From Octopus bimaculoides (lineage: Eukaryota), in assembly GCF_001194135.2 (NCBI RefSeq), contig NC_069003.1:13733696-13768073 (forward strand): DNA of 34,378 nt. Direction: 5' to 3'. The notes below the pieces were generated by a model. It was not told the DNA's origin, searched no databases, and saw only the letters and a list, made by a program, of their open reading frames with translations. Made by a program: the position numbers and the translations under genes. Below are positions 34,231 to 34,378 of the stretch, piece by piece; within the stretch, counting starts at the first letter, position 1, and the number at the start of each line of letters is the position of its first letter.

Positions 34231-34378
34231 CTATGCAAATTTGTATATGTTTATGTATAATTGCATATAAGTATTTATATTTACATAATATATGCATTTC
34301 AGATATATATATACATTGATTTATATACATACACGCACACACACATATATATATATGCATATCGATATCTATATACAT

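Overview
Repeat-dense, AT-rich animal genomic DNA with eight assembly gaps, almost certainly octopus (inferred from the SINE repertoire and microsatellite load). I find no intact host protein-coding gene; nearly all long ORFs in the track come from microsatellites or N-runs. The supportable genes are two tRNA-Glu(TTC) copies at 17.2 and 17.6 kb. The rest is layered transposon debris: Tc1, mariner, DD37D and pogo fossils, RTE and R4/Dong LINE fragments, a Gypsy integrase scrap, a Helentron-associated (HINE-like) element, MITEs, LTR-like elements and at least four tRNA-headed SINE-like families. Best leads: (1) a three-copy family of ORF1/gag-only retroelements (RRM-like region plus CCHC knuckle, no RT) whose 3' UTR hairpin keeps GTGGAG at the same position while the stem sequence changes; (2) two of these lie head-to-tail at the predicted start site of a TGTTG...CAACA LTR-like element with a perfect 5-bp TSD, nested in a palindromic minisatellite inside a pogo transposase; (3) a complete-core type I hammerhead ribozyme motif of the Penelope type at 2489-2542; (4) a tRNA-headed element whose body is a 15-bp minisatellite with a 120-bp higher-order repeat; (5) two Tc1/mariner-superfamily fossils with internal inversions. 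Fossil boundaries are approximate and were called by eye.
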